DNA of 64,000 bases, taken from NCBI GenBank assembly GCA_047967505.1, contig CM106538.1; one strand, written 5' to 3'. The translations under genes and the position numbers were made by a program. The notes beneath the pieces are model-generated. The model saw nothing but the letters and a program-made list of their open reading frames with translations, was not told the DNA's origin and searched no databases. Shown piece by piece: positions 63,401 to 64,000 of the stretch (the first letter of the stretch is position 1; every line of letters begins with the position of its first letter). Source of the DNA: Dipteris shenzhenensis. Lineage: Eukaryota.

Positions 63401-64000
63401 CTTGGGGTTCTTCTGAAAAATTCACCACCTGCTCCATTTCCATTTAGTCACTCTATATTTGATGACAACAATCAAAACAAAAGTGGTGAGGAAAGCAATG
63501 ATATTATGCACAACAAAGCTAGAATGTGCAATACGAATATGATTATTGACATTCAGGTAATATGTCAATCTCTTATCCATCCACGAGACTTAATTGCAAT
63601 GCTAATATTCTAAATAATCTAAATCTTGATGCCTAAGGAAGGGCCCATTCCCTCAGATTATAATTCTTTGGGTAAGGAAGTGCATCCCCTCCACATCCAC
63701 ACATTGTGTGGTTATAATAATAATATCATATATAATTATTATAAAATTAGTTTTAACTTCTTTCCTTGTCCTATATATTTTAACCACAATCTAAATTCTT
63801 ACAACATTTCTCTCTTTTGATGCATGTTTTCGATGCGAGGAAAATTTGATATCAACAGCAAAGATAGCCAAGATGGATGCAAGATCGAAGGATGACAATT
63901 CATGTGGTTGTAATTCATGTCACAATAGTATAAAGGTTGCCATTAAGGATGAATCATGATCTCTTGTGAGCTTAGACTCATTCATGTATTTCTTGGACAT

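Overview
This is eukaryotic, transposon-dense plant genomic DNA. A non-seed plant such as a fern is likely, but that is inference from the Sola transposases, LTR lineages and plant gene families. The left 12 kb is a three-level nest. A Sola2-like transposase pseudogene is split by a decayed non-chromoviral (Tat/Athila-like) Ty3/Gypsy element (492-11925, minus strand, 4-bp TSD GTAC). That element's 5' LTR carries a 2.5-kb non-autonomous LTR element (9057-11552, TSD GACTA). The most unusual observation is a complete archaeal-type RNase H (aRH) domain in a separate ORF upstream of gag in the Gypsy element. Next come a decayed coiled-coil/RING-H2 ORF, a deleted Copia with a 250-bp MITE, a CACTA transposase remnant, a 2-kb polypyrimidine tract and a mitochondrial calcium uniporter pseudogene. 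A fully intact young Copia element follows (28400-33884; LTRs identical by eye; ~1450-aa polyprotein). At 36.7-47 kb, a decayed ORF with possible ParB-like and methyltransferase-like motifs is bracketed by inverted ~250-bp palindrome-bearing repeats and followed by a Sola1-like transposase. The right end holds L1 remnants, a second Sola1 fragment, and one apparently intact 3-exon conserved plant gene of unknown function (54901-58648). All family calls come from manual translation and motif recall; no searches were run.
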